A DNA stretch of 63,230 nt, filler included, from Octopus bimaculoides (lineage: Eukaryota): assembly GCF_001194135.2 (NCBI RefSeq). It is 5 parts of 5 records of this genome, joined end to end, with 100 filler letters (N's around TTAATTAATTAA, not from the genome) between each part and the next. Parts side by side here need not be neighbours in the genome. Positions count along the whole stretch, not along the records: positions 1 to 23,715 come from NC_068982.1; positions 23,816 to 30,260 come from NC_068994.1; 3 more parts are not named here. One strand, given 5' to 3'. Both the position numbers and the translations under genes were made by a program. Of this stretch, positions 13,028 to 25,329 are shown in pieces; the first letter of the stretch is position 1, and every line of letters starts with the position of its first letter. The notes beneath the pieces were generated by a model. It saw nothing but the letters and a program-made list of their open reading frames with translations, searched no databases and was not told the DNA's origin.

Positions 13028-13875
13028 CGGAGTGGGTGGAAAGTAACTAGGCATTAGAAATTGCTTGTAGAATTTTTAGTATCACTGAAGTCATGACGAA
13101 ACCATTTTTTAAACAGACAACACTAATGCAGATTTGTTATTTCTTATTATCTTATTTCTTATTTCTTATTTTCCAGATGGCCGGTCGATTGACTGTTCAG
13201 GAGCGAGCCAAGATAGCAGTACGCTATGAAGTGTGGAATTTCATTGTTTTGGTTCAGAGATAGTCGCGTGCACGGAAAGGTAAGCATGTAATACTACGTC
13301 AAGGGACAATAAAAATGTTATCATGCGAAGCTGATGACCACGGGCTCTGTGAACGTTGCAAGAAGTGACCGTCCAACCACATCTCGATCAGCGGAAAACG
13401 CAGTAATAGTGCAAGAAATGTTTAATCGTAGCCCGCAAAAATCAACACCAACCAGCTCGTGAAAGTGGAGTAACAAGACACACAATACGTACGGTTTTAT
13501 ATAAAAGATTGAATTTTCGTCCGTGGAAACCCGACTACGTGCAGAAGTCCAGATCTCACTCTATGTGATTTTTACCTGTGAGGTTACACAAAAGAGGTGT
13601 ACAAGCCAAAACCTCGCACACTGGAGGACTTGGAGACAGGGATTCAGGTGGTTCTCAATTATATCCCAAACCACGTCCTTCAGAAGGTTGTTCATTCCAT
13701 CCGTGACCGTTTGAGGGAACTGGTTGACGCCAACGGTGCTTATGTTGAAATCTGAAGATTTACTTTCATTTTCCCATGTAATAAAGAACATGTATCATTT
13801 GTTTCAATAAATTTCTAAAAGGAATATAAAATTTATTACCGAGTTTTAACGCCTACTTACTTTTCCCCCACTCTG
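13028..13875 (+). mobile_element. Internally deleted Tc1/mariner-superfamily transposon (DD37D/maT-like), 848 bp
   Basis: Imperfect ~30-bp TIRs (CGGAGTGGGTGGAAAGTAACTAGGCATT / revcomp CAGAGTGGGGGAAAAGTAAGTAGGCGTT) with flanking TA. N-terminal MAGRLTVQERAKIAVRYEVWN...KLMTTGSV is joined to C-terminal SPDLTLCDFYL*GY..EVYKPKPRTLEDLE...NGAYVEI*. Confidence 0.85.
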
Positions 13876-15182
13876 TACATACATACATACATACATACAT
13901 ATACACATACATACATACATGCATACATACATACATANNNNNNNNNNNNNNNNNNNNNNNNNNNNNNNNNNNNNNNNNNNNNNNNNNNNNNNNNNNNNNN
14001 NNNNNNNNNNNNNNNNNNNNNNNNNNNNNNNNNNNNNNNNNNNNNNNNNNNNNNNNNNNNNNNNNNNNNNNNNNNNNNNNNNNNNNNNNNNNNNNNNNNN
14101 NNNNNNNNNNNNNNNNNNNNNNNNNNNNNNNNNNNNNNNNNNNNNNNNNNNNNNNNNNNNNNNNNNNNNNNNNNNNNNNNNNNNNNNNNNNNNNNNNNNN
14201 NNNNNNNNNNNNNNNNNNNNNNNNNNNNNNNNNNNNNNNNNNNNNNNNNNNNNNNNNNNNNNNNNNNNNNNNNNNNNNNNNNNNNNNNNNNNNNNNNNNN
14301 NNNNNNNNNNNNNNNNNNNNNNNNNNNNNNNNNNNNNNNNNNNNNNNNNNNNNNNNNNNNNNNNNNNNNNNNNNNNNNNNNNNNNNNNNNNNNNNNNNNN
14401 NNNNNNNNNNNNNNNNNNNNNNNNNNNNNNNNNNNNNNNNNNNNNNNNNNNNNNNNNNNNNNNNNNNNNNNNNNNNNNNNNNNNNNNNNNNNNNNNNNNN
14501 NNNNNNNNNNNNNNNNNNNNNNNNNNNNNNNNNNNNNNNNNNNNNNNNNNNNNNNNNNNNNNNNNNNNNNNNNNNNNNNNNNNNNNNNNNNNNNNNNNNN
14601 NNNNNNNNNNNNNNNNNNNNNNNNNNNNNNNNNNNNNNNNNNNNNNNNNNNNNNNNNNNNNNNNNNNNNNNNNNNNNNNNNNNNNNNNNNNNNNNNNNNN
14701 NNNNNNNNNNNNNNNNNNNNNNNNNNNNNNNNNNNNNNNNNNNNNNNNNNNNNNNNNNNNNNNNNNNNNNNNNNNNNNNNNNNNNNNNNNNNNNNNNNNN
14801 NNNNNNNNNNNNNNNNNNNNNNNNNNNNNNNNNNNNNNNNNNNNNNNNNNNNNNNNNNNNNNNNNNNNNNNNNNNNNNNNNNCACATACCCATATACCCA
14901 TATACACACACATATACATACATACATACACATAAATACACACATTTTTCCACGTATACCTATGCATATGTATATACACTTGCACATGTATATGAACAGA
15001 TGTACGAATAAGTAAATAGAGCAATAGCAGAACTAAAAATACTAAAACCCAGACCTTTATACCCGATCATAACAAAGTTCTGCTATAGGAGAAATAAACA
15101 ATGAAATTATCTAAACCAAAAATAAGTATGTTTGCGAACGTGAACACATCTGAACCCATTATATGTTAGTTTATTAATTAGT

Positions 15183-16348
15183 TTATGCTTAGAAAGGAGG
15201 ACGATAGTTCTAAGGACTTATTCAAAGTCCTTGGATAACATTGTCCCTTTTCCTAGGCTATAAATAGAAAAGGAGCTGGCGGAGTACATACCGGCAATAA
15301 AGCATATCGCCAGGGGTTCCAAATATGCAGCTATATGATTGCTGTTTGGAACCCCGGAGATGGCGTGTAAATTCGCCAGTCAGTCCCTAGAGGGGGAAAA
15401 ATTTTGTTCCTCCCCTCTTATTGTAGGAGAAAATGTAAGCGGGCGTTTGTCTGCGGGTTGCCACCGAGTTTAAAAGAGAGTTGATTGGTCGAAACCATCC
15501 AAAGTGGACTTGGTGGCACCAGAGAAACTAAATTGCTAAATGTAAAATTGTTGCCATTTGCTGACTGGGTCGGGGCTAAGGCCATATTAACGTTGTGGAC
15601 CCAGTTAGACGATAACAGTCTGGTCTTTCCAGACTACTTGACCATGGCAGGATCTAGGTATCCTGTGATCCTTGAGGGACCCCCCAAGTGTCACGGATGC
15701 CTAGAGCCTGGCCATTTAAAGAAGGATTGTCGCCGGGACACGAAAGTGGCCCAGGAGCAGACACTCATTAAAAAAAGTAGTCCTGCTCGGCAGGAAAAAA
15801 ATGAGGAGACGGTGGCCTCAACAGAAAAAGGGAAAAAGAGAAAGGCGGGCTTTAATAGTAGCCCGCCGAAACCTCAAACAAATGTAGAGTTGGAAGAGGG
15901 ATTGAGTCCTCCGGGTAAACCTGAGGACTCTTCCTCTCCCACCGGATAAAAGAAAAAGAAAAAAAGAAAAAGGTGCCAACGAATGTTGAACCACTACCGG
16001 TGGGAATTGTGCCACCGACAGTGGAAAAGTCTCTCTCTTTACCGGAGAAAGAAGAATTGTTGGTCTTCTTCTACATAGGGGGGGATATAGAAAAAGTGTT
16101 AGAAAATATCCTTTGAATGGCGTTAGGGTGTCTCTGTAGACTACAACCCTCGAAAGGCATCCTCCTCCTAGAGGGTAACTTGTGGTGTTTCGGATATAAC
16201 AGGTTGGGATTGGAGGTTGCAGTGTGCATATTTTCGTCTTGTAGCGCACAATATTAGAAGTGATGTTGTCTAAGCAGGAGTAACTTAACTTGACGTTATG
16301 TAGGTTGAAAAGCTTATAAACTGATGGCCACGGGGAAATGCTTCGTTT
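15183..16348 (+). mobile_element. L1/Tx1-like ORF1 (gag-like) relic with CCHC knuckle; no ORF2 follows
   Basis: RYPVILEGPPKCHGCLEPGHLKKDC is CX2CX4HX4C. Upstream RRM-like segments (VCGLPPSLKE) and a Lys/Glu/Pro-rich tail; ends at a (TA)n tract. Confidence 0.7.
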
Positions 16349-16388
<40 letters not shown>

Positions 16389-17003
16389 TATATACATATA
16401 CATATGATATAAAAGAATTCAGGAAAATGTCCCAAAATAAATCACCCCTTATATTTGTTCTAAGTGATATAGTTGTGCCCTCGTGGTACATCACAATTTT
16501 GACCGACCAAATTAAAAGCTTTAACCTACCAAGGCAGTATTACATATAACATATTATGCTGGTCATATATACATGTGTGTGCCTTTGAGTGAAGTAGTAT
16601 GTGTATACATACACACACAGACACATACACACATATAATTTCTATTGTTCCACTGTAAGAGGAATTTCAATGTGTTTGACGATGTAAATTTTGAGTTAGC
16701 TCGATATATAGATAGCTGAATCTATATGTGTGTGGTGGTGGAAGGGGAGGAAAGAAAAGTAATGCGAGGAAAATAGATATATGTTGGTACGTGGCTAGAT
16801 AAGTAGATAGATTAGCTGAATTAAATTATAAGTTACCATAGATAACGTCTAGATAATATAATACTTATTGGTGTGTAAAGATATAGGTGTCGTTAGCGAG
16901 ACAACGGAGATTTCGATGTTCTACATTCTCGGCTATTCATTATAATTAACACCTATAGATTTTGATAGCGAGGTTTAAATTATTTTACCGTTTCACATTT
17001 GTC

Positions 17004-17052
<49 letters not shown>

Positions 17053-17395
17053 GTGTGTGTGGGTGTGTGTGGGTGTGAGGGGGTGTATGGGTGTATAGGT
17101 GGGTGGGCGGTTGGAAATATTCATCGAGCTACGATGATATCTCACTAATTAAAGCAATAAACTCCATCAAAATTACTTTACTGTCACACGTTGTCAGGTT
17201 AAAGTGAACGGTGTCCTGTCTAAATGTCTCTTACATATATCATTTCCTTGACCGGTGTAGGGTTAAAGTGTTGTTACGTCTATTTTCAGCCCTCTGTATT
17301 CAATAACCAAAGAAGATTTTGCAATCTGACGCTTGTATTACTGGTGTAAGACAAACTATTACATAAAAATGCCAATGACTAGTTCTATTAAAAAG

Positions 17396-17612
17396 TGGAT
17401 GGCGCTGGTCGAATCGTTAGCGTGTTGGGTAAAATGCTTAGCAGCATTTCTTCTGGCTCTTTATGTTCCCGGTTTAAATTCCGCCGATGTCAACTTTACC
17501 TTTCATACTTTTGGGGTCGATAAAATAAAACACCGTTCAAGAACTGGGTTCGATGTAATCGACTAAGCCTCTCCCCGCTAAAATTGCAGTCCTTGTGCCA
17601 ATTTTGAGAACC
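17396..17612 (+). mobile_element. tRNA-derived SINE (second family)
   Basis: Head GGCGCTGGTCGAATCGTTAGCG...GGTTTAAATTCCGCC with box A/B-like motifs, then GGGGTCGATAAAATAAA...GATGTAATCGACT...CCTTGTGCCAA. Confidence 0.65.
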
Positions 17613-17919
17613 ATCCGTTAGCAAAATTGGATGTGGATACCCATAGCACATCCCTTCGTCTTGCGATAAAATTTTTGTCCATTGTAATACATTGTAATAC
17701 ATTGTAATACAAACTTCAATAATCTGCAGAGAAAATTAGATGGAATATTTTGATTTGACCGTTTTTCATAGGTGTCTATGCACGCTTCCACGCCTCAAGT
17801 GAAGAATTGTCCATGATTATGAAAAACCCCCTTCAAAACTAATATCTGTGCTGAAAAAAATTATTAATTTTGGAAACAAAATCAAAAGCCAGTTCTATAT
17901 TTAAGAGCTGAAGAATTAT

Positions 17920-18042
17920 GTACATTATTTACATTATTTACATTTGACGGGTATATGGCGTAGTGGTTAAGAGCGCGGGCTACTAATTCCAAGATTCCGA
18001 ATTCTATTCCAAGTAGTGACCTGAATAATAATAATAATGATA

Positions 18043-18074
<32 letters not shown>

Positions 18075-18220
18075 GATAATAATAATATGAAGAAGAATAA
18101 TAATAATAACATCAAAAAATACCTTAGGAATGAGAACCCAGGTTCGAAATTTCCCCAAGACACCTGATGAAGGCTAGAGGGTATATCAGCCGAAATGTGT
18201 TAACAACAAACAAGATGAGG
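17920..18220 (+). mobile_element. tRNA-headed element with (AAT)n tract and hammerhead-bearing 3' part (SINE-like / PLE pseudo-LTR)
   Basis: TATGGCGTAGTGGTTAAG box A, degenerate box B GAATTCTATTCC, (AAT)n, then ACCTTAGGAATGAGAACCCAGGTTCGAAATTTCCCC and the hammerhead. A homologous copy lies at 57610-57896 (-). Confidence 0.8.
18159..18201 (+). ncRNA. Hammerhead motif, stem III damaged
   Basis: GACAC-CTGATGA-A-GGCT-(12 nt)-AGCC-GAAA-T-GTGTT: stem I (GACAC/GTGTT) and stem II are present, but the ACGT stem III is missing. Confidence 0.65.
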
Positions 18221-18647
18221 TCATATAGCTGTATGATACTCACACTCGAAGCAAACTGAGGGAAATTCTATTCTGTTGGTTCTATTCTGTATGTTACCAA
18301 GACACCTTCTGATTAAAACTACTTCCATCTGCGGCCTCATAATAATTAGAGTTGTTGAAAGTTTGGGTATGAGCTCAAGTACTTGAAAGTCACATTTTCT
18401 ATACAGTTAGAAGGTAATTTCGTTATTGTTGTTGTTGTTAGTCTTGTCATTGGTGGTGGTCTTGTCGTCGTTGTTGTTGTTGGTGTTGATGATGGTTGAA
18501 GTTGTGGTGCTGGTGATAAGATGCTTAGAAAGCAATTACATTTACTGAGTTGTGCTACTTGGTAACTCATAGATTACTCCCTTGAAACTTACGATTATTG
18601 GCGGACAAGTATTCAACTACTAAATTTAGTCACTAGATCAGTGGATA

Positions 18648-18726
<79 letters not shown>

Positions 18727-19271
18727 ATANNNNNNNNNNNNNNNNNNNNNNNNNNNNNNNNNNNNNNNNNNNNNNNNNNNNNNNNNNNNNNNNNNNNNNN
18801 NNNNNNNNNNNNNNNNNNNNNNNNNNNNNNNNNNNNNNNNNNNNNNNNNNNNNNNNNNNNNNNNNNNNNNNNNNNNNNNNNNNNNNNNNNNNNNNNNNNN
18901 NNNNNNNNNNNNNNNNNNNNNNNNNNNNNNNNNNNNNNNNNNNNNNNNNNNNNNNNNNNNNNNNNNNNNNNNNNNNNNNNNNNNNNNNNNNNNNNNNNNN
19001 NNNNNNNNNNNNNNNNNNNNNNNNNNNNNNNNNNNNNNNNNNNNNNNNNNNNNNNNNNNNNNNNNNNNNNNNNNNNNNNNNNNNNNNNNNNAGTATAGAA
19101 AGGATAGATATAGGCTAAAAATGTTGGTGACCTCTACGGATTCACTCGCTCCTATTTCTTAATATTGGATGTCTTCTTTTTTTTTTTTTGAGTCGTGTTG
19201 GAATTGCGCGGTTTTCCTAGCCTGTAGGTTGGATAGTTTCGGTTTGGAGTTGTTAATTTAAGAGTTACATA

Positions 19272-19570
19272 CGTATGTATGTATGTATGTATGTATGTAT
19301 GTATGTATGTATGTATGTATGTATGTATGTATGTATGTATGTATTATGTATGTATGTATGTATGTATGTATTATGTATGTATGTATGGATCATGTATGTA
19401 TGTATGTATGCATGTATGTATGCAGGTATGTATGTATGTATGTATGTATGTATGTATGTATGTATGTATGCATTCATGTATGTATGTATGTATGTATGTA
19501 TGTATGTATGCAGGCAGGTAGGTAGGTAGGTAGGTAGGTAGGTAGGTAGATAGATAGGTAGGTAGGTAGG
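19272..19570. repeat. (TATG)n then (GGTA)n microsatellites
   Basis: Visible arrays; explain the MYVC ORFs. Confidence 0.95.
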
Positions 19571-20224
19571 TTCTACTTCATGGAATACAAACCGGTATCT
19601 AACTGGTTATCAAGACTTTTTGAGTTTGAGCCAGTTCCCGGTTTTGCAAATGTGATTGAGTTATTGTGTGCATATATATAGGTGTATGCAACGGCACTTA
19701 TGTTCTGTGTGAGAATGTCTCTTTAATACCCAGGTGTTTGTGTGTGTGTGTGTGTGTGTGCGTGTGTGTGTGTGTGAGCGTATGTGCATCATTACTTTTT
19801 AGATGTGCCTCTTCAAGTTGCACACAACTAAGTATGTGCATATTTTCATTTAAAGAATTTCAGATGGAAAATATTTGGCGTGTCTTAAAAATTTTCACTG
19901 AGCCACTAATAGCCTGGATTTCGAGGATATGCGTTCTAATCTCCAATAAACATAATTTGTCATGTTGGGATTTTTACAGCTAAATATTCACAAATTTCGT
20001 TTCGTTAAATCTCTAGAATCTTCTGGTTATTTTCCTTCCATCTTGAGAAACCTTAAAGATAATTTTTCTTTTCCAACCAAAAAATTCTTCGATTTCCAAC
20101 TATTCTAAACATAACATTTATTTACTTAAGTCTGATTGAGAAGAAAATATTTTACAATCAAATATGCGTCGAACAAAAAGCTATGCTTGATTTAGTTACA
20201 AGTATTTATGTTTCGAACTCAAAT

Positions 20225-20548
20225 TCAACCTTTCATCTTTCTGGTTTCGATAAAATCAATACCAGCCAAGTGTTCAGATGTCGGGTTCAATATATTTGAA
20301 TAACTCCCCGCCCCCTTTTTATCTTTTGGCCTTTGTAGGGTCCGATACAGAATGTGAATATTCCAAGTGTTTAGTAATGGGTCATCAGGACTGACGTATT
20401 CTTGGACATCGAAAGGGATGAGGAAGGTCTGGTGATTGCGATGGACTTTTGGCTGCGTGTTGTATGTGTGGTGGTGACCATGGAAACATCGTCGTAGATT
20501 GTAACGCCTAACAACTGCAGCAATTTTCACCGAGTTCAGCATACTTAT
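20225..20548 (-). CDS. Candidate terminal coding exon (107 aa) of an unidentified gene
   Basis: Strong acceptor TTCTCTTTCTTTTCTTTTTTCAG. Phase-0 open frame ISMLNSVKIAAVVRRYNLRRCFHGHHH...ETRKMKG*, GC above background, AATAAA at 20117-20122 on the minus strand. No recognised homology. Confidence 0.35.
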   Translation of the reverse strand: MSMLNSVKIAAVVRRYNLRRCFHGHHHTYNTQPKVHRNHQTFLIPFDVQEYVSPDDPLLNTWNIHILYRTLQRPKDKKGAGSYSNILNPTSEHLAGIDFIETRKMKG

Positions 20549-22168
20549 CTGAAAAAAGAAAAGAAAGAGAAAGAAGCTGGCTGAGCCGTTCATAGGAGGG
20601 ATGCAATTATAAGCAAAGATTGGGATCTAAAACAACTCAAACGAAGGGAAGAAACAAGAATAACAGAAATAACTATAGCATGATTACGATGGTAGTGTTG
20701 GTACCGGGGTGATAACGGTGTTGGTGGTGTTGGTAGGGGTGATGGTAGTGGTGCTGGTGATGATTGTCTTGGTGGCGGTGGTGTGGTAGTTTCGTTGTTG
20801 TTGTTACTGTTAGTGGTTTTTAATGGTGGTAATGGTTTTGGTGATGATGACTTTGGTGGTGGTACTTAACTTTCTGCTGTCATTGTTGATGTTGGTGATG
20901 GTTTTCGTGGTGGCGGTGGACGTTTTCTTGGTGGTGATAGTTTGTTGTTCGTTTTATAAATAACTGTGGATCTAGCGGTAGTTTTGTGGTGGTTGCTGTT
21001 GTTGCTAGAGGTAATGGTGGTGATAACGTGCTAGGGAAGTTAGTGCGTGTATCGAGTCGCACTTTCTGCTACTCAGTGACTCACGTCTGGATTACTTCAT
21101 GAAACACACGTAGTACACTGATGGACGACATTTAAGTTATTAAGATAGTCAAGTTTCCAGCAGCACATTTATCTTCTGAGACATGTAGACGGATTGATGG
21201 TTGTTTCTGTAACTAAGACCGGGTAGTTTTGCCCTAAAATACAGACATATACCTCAGGACTAACGATGATTAAAACAAATCTTGCTGCAAACAGTGGGTA
21301 ACCCTTGGGTGGAGTGTTAGACTCCACTCATACGTTACTCCTATTAATAAATACTGAATCTACTACAGAGAGCCAGTAAACATTGAGAAGAGTCCCCGAT
21401 TCGCATTGTCCAATCACAAGCTATACTTATCAATACTTGGCTAGACCTTCAATTGAGAGACTCTGCAGAGTTGTCTCACGACGCCATATGATGCGCACGC
21501 ATGTTTTCTCTTCGATGATGATGAGGATGACGATGACGACGATGTTTAATGATGATGACGACGTCGACAATGATATCTATTGCCATTTCAAAAACATAAG
21601 AGTTTTGGCCGTTCACAAAACTTCTGTATACTTCTCCACTTCATCTAACATTTGCATTAACGGTGAGACTATACTTCATTGGTGAGGTACAATAACACCG
21701 AAACATGTTCGGAACCATCTCCATACTGACAGGCCACATATTCCTTATTGTATTCTATTTTTTATCAATTATATTTATTCACTATTTGGGTATTGTCTCC
21801 CCTGACTTGTGAATAGAATTATTATCTTTTTTGTTTTAATATTTTCAATTATTAACGCTATAATTTATTGAATAATTTCAGACTAATAGATTAACTAATT
21901 AACTATAATACTGCCTGTTTTACATTCGACGCTAGAACTACTTCTCAACGAATACTAATTTCTATTGCAAAATGTAGAATGGGTTGGCAGAATCTATTGA
22001 CTCGTAACTCGCAAACAACACCAAGAGCAGCAACAGCAACAACAACAACAACAACAATAATAGCAAAAGTCAAGGAGCGAATTTAGTCTGCTAGAAATAG
22101 AAACTAAATCTCCCTTAAAATGTACATTGCCGTCCTAAAATAATTCTAGTCAAATACATTTTTAAAAA

Positions 22169-22199
<31 letters not shown>

Positions 22200-22380
22200 G
22201 ACAACAACAACAACATACACATGTCGAGAGGTTGAGAGAAATGTAGAGTCTACAAATTCACTCGTGTAAGTTTGTGATCGGGAAAGTACGAAAGAAGACT
22301 GTAGAGGTCTTTTGGACCGAAAACAGTATCAGAGTTGCTTGTGGCCAGAGATAAAGACCGGCTGAGATAAGAGACAACGT

Positions 22381-22707
22381 AGGGAAGGAAGGAAGGAAGG
22401 AAGGAAGGAAGGAAGAGCAACAGTAGCAGCAGCAACAGCAGCAGCAGCAGCAGCAGCTGTAGTAGTAGTAGTAGGAGGAGGAGGAGGAGGAGGGGTAGAA
22501 GAGGAGGAGGAGTGGTGGTACGAGAGGGCAGCAACAGTTGATGATGATGATGATGATGTAGACGACAACAATTATGATAATGATGACAACGATGACGATG
22601 ATGGTGATGACGACGACGATGACGACGTCGACGACGACAACGGTGATGACGATGACGATGATGGTGATGATGATGACAACGATGACGAAAACGATGACGA
22701 CGACGAC

Positions 22708-22748
<41 letters not shown>

Positions 22749-22750
22749 CG
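22381..22750. repeat. (GGAA)n, (CAG)n/(TAG)n/(GAG)n and (GAT)n/(GAC)n compound microsatellite
   Basis: Visible arrays. Confidence 0.95.
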
Positions 22751-23047
22751 GTTGGGGAGTTGGTGGCTATGACAGATGTATTTATTTCTACTCTTTTGCT
22801 TTTGATGCGTTCANNNNNNNNNNNNNNNNNNNNNNNNNNNNNNNNNNNNNNNNNNNNNNNNNNNNNNNNNNNNNNNNNNNNNNNNNNNNNNNNNNNNNNN
22901 NNNNNNNNNNNNNNNNNNNNNNNNNNNNNNNNNNNNNNNNNNNNNNNNNNNNNNNNNNNNNNNNNNNNNNNNNNNNNNNNNNNNNNNNNNNNNNNNNNNN
23001 NTGGTGATGATGATGACAACGATGACGAAAACGATGACGACGACGAC

Positions 23048-23088
<41 letters not shown>

Positions 23089-23459
23089 CGGTTGGGGAGT
23101 TGGTGGCTATGACAGATGTATTTATTTCTACTCTTTTGCTTTTGATGCGTTCAAATATATTTTTTTTAATATTCTTTTTTTCTTTTCCTTCATCGACGTT
23201 GGCTGTTTGTATTATTCTTAATGTTGCTATGGACGCCATTGTTGTTGCTACCGTTGTTATTGCGGTAGTCGTTGTTGTTGTCGTCACTGTTACTGCTGCT
23301 ACTGCTGTTCGTGTTTTTGTTTCTGTTCTTGTTGTTGATTATGATAATGATGACGATGATGGTGACGATGATGTTTCATTTTAGCTTCTCTGATTTTCTG
23401 CTTCATTATTTAGAAATCCCTCCCACTAGCACTCTTACTCATTCCCTTTTTTGAACCCA

Positions 23460-23491
23460 GTAGTAATAGCAGCAGCAGCAGCAGCGGTAGC

Positions 23492-23532
<41 letters not shown>

Positions 23533-23542
23533 AGGCAGCAGC

Positions 23543-23580
<38 letters not shown>

Positions 23581-23678
23581 CAGTAGTAGTAGTTGAAGTA
23601 ATAGTAGTAGTAGTAGCAGTAGTAGTAGTTGAAGTAATAGTAGTAGTAGTAGTAGTAGTAGTAGCAGTAGTAGTAGTT

Positions 23679-23715
<37 letters not shown>
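23460..23715. repeat. (GTA)n/(GCA)n trinucleotide array
   Basis: Visible array; explains the poly-Val ORF. Confidence 0.95.
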
Positions 23716-23759
23716 NNNNNNNNNNNNNNNNNNNNNNNNNNNNNNNNNNNNNNNNNNNN

Positions 23760-23771
23760 TTAATTAATTAA
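23760..23771. other. Artificial scaffold-join spacer TTAATTAATTAA (also 30305-30316, 50772-50783, 61290-61301)
   Basis: Identical 12-mer with stops in all six frames, centred in a ~100-bp N block four times (44 N each side at 23716-23815). Confidence 0.95.
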
Positions 23772-23815
23772 NNNNNNNNNNNNNNNNNNNNNNNNNNNNN
23801 NNNNNNNNNNNNNNN

Positions 23816-24190
23816 AATATATTGTCATTTAAATTACGCAAAATTGGAAATAACACTGACATCTCATTTTAACAGATATATTTACCAAAATTACATTAAA
23901 GTATCTTGAAATACTAAAGAGTAAATTTATTCAATAAAATCGCCATTGGCTTCAACCACAGCCTCCAGATGACTTTGGAATCTCCTGCAACTCTTCTGGA
24001 CAGTCTCCATGTTTAAGTTGGCGAATGCTGCCATAATCCTTGCCTTCAGCTCATCTTTGGTGTTACAAGAATGGATAGGATCAGTGGTCACACACAATAA
24101 TCAAGGGGGTTGCAGTTCGAGGAGTTATGTGGCCAGATGTAGGGGTGATGTGGTCGCAGAAATTTCCTGACAGCCATGACTGAGTTCTCA
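23816..24190 (-). mobile_element. DD37D (maT-like) Tc1/mariner 3' fragment, same family as 49721-50580
   Basis: RTQSWLSGNFCDHITP... and NTKDELKARIMAAFANLNMETVQKSCRRFQSHLEAVVEANGDFIE*; closely matches 50200-50560. Confidence 0.82.
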
Positions 24191-24239
24191 TGCTTGTATG
24201 CATATACATGTGTATATTATGTATGTATATATGTATATA

Positions 24240-24480
24240 AAGCTGGAGTATCATCACACAACGTAGCAACCATGTCAGCATGAAATTCCTTGGCGGATAA
24301 ACCGTTTTATTTTTGCAGGTATTTGATAACAGGATGATGCCAAATTTTGTCCATTTTCAAGAGAAGTTGCTACTAGTTACAGTTGAAGTCTTCTTTGAAG
24401 AGTCTGATGTCAGTTTACCTGGGAAGAAACAATGTAGTTATAATGAGATTTGAAATTAATGCATGCAAGATCTCATGCCT
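24240..24480 (-). mobile_element. Mariner 5' fragment (N-terminal HTH)
   Basis: Minus strand reads MDKIWHHPVIKYLQK*NGLSAKEFHADMVATLCDDTPA, typical of mariner transposase N-termini. Confidence 0.65.
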
Positions 24481-24547
24481 TTAAGATTAATCCTTCATAG
24501 TCAGCTTCTTCACTTTCAGCCAGCCTTTGTGTTTGTGTGTGTATACA

Positions 24548-24623
<76 letters not shown>

Positions 24624-24870
24624 AAATGTTAATCTAATCTCAGATGTTTGACAACTTAAAGATGATCCCCCTGAAACATATTTCTGGCGTAATTAGCAGA
24701 ATGAATGGCTCACAGGAAGAATTAATTATGTGGAATTCAATATTACTTGATTTTCTTTCCATTTGAAATGTTTATACAAACTCTCTCTCCCCTCTCTCTC
24801 TCTCTCTTTCTCTCCCACACTCTTTCTCTCTCTCCTCCTCTCTCTCTCTCTTCCTCTCTCTCTCTCCCCC

Positions 24871-24926
<56 letters not shown>

Positions 24927-25329
24927 AAATACATACGTGTTATTCATACCATACCTATGAATTTATATTTTTGTCTGCAGGATATATTCCAAATTATATT
25001 AGCGATTATCCTACTGTCGACAGCGCCCAGTTTTTCAGTAATATAAAGAAAGAGTCATACATTATAAAATCTGTGAATATAAAGAGTAAGTAACCTTCGT
25101 TTTCTACTTTTATCCGTATTCTTTATTAGTTTTTTAAACAATTCCATCAATAAATTCCTTCATCGAAGGTCGCATGTTTAACCATTACTCATGATACACA
25201 CAGCTACATCTCCAGACGTGGAAGATCACATGATTTAACCATTAATCATAGTACATGTATCTATGTCCCGAGTCGAAAACTGAGCAGAGTGACTACATGA
25301 ATTCCAGTATAGTTTAAGAAAAATACAAG

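Noticed and set aside
17683-17710. Short 10-bp x3 repeat (ATTGTAATAC) and other periodic repeats as CRISPR-like arrays
   Set aside because: No unique spacers and a eukaryotic context; these are simple tandem duplications.
17950-18025. tRNA genes here and at 45300 and 46447
   Set aside because: No complete cloverleaf or acceptor stem; each continues into a repeat body, so they are SINE heads.
21061-21490. Several short protein-like frames and a 9-bp hairpin (GGGTGGAGT/ACTCCACTC)
   Set aside because: Conflicting frames and strands, no phase match to the 20548 acceptor, and the hairpin has no ribozyme context.
24350-24421. Apparent terminal exon GKLTSDSSKKTSTVTSSNFS* with a good acceptor (minus strand)
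   Set aside because: It is immediately followed by MDKIWHHPVIKYLQK, so it is better explained as the 5' UTR of the mariner fragment.
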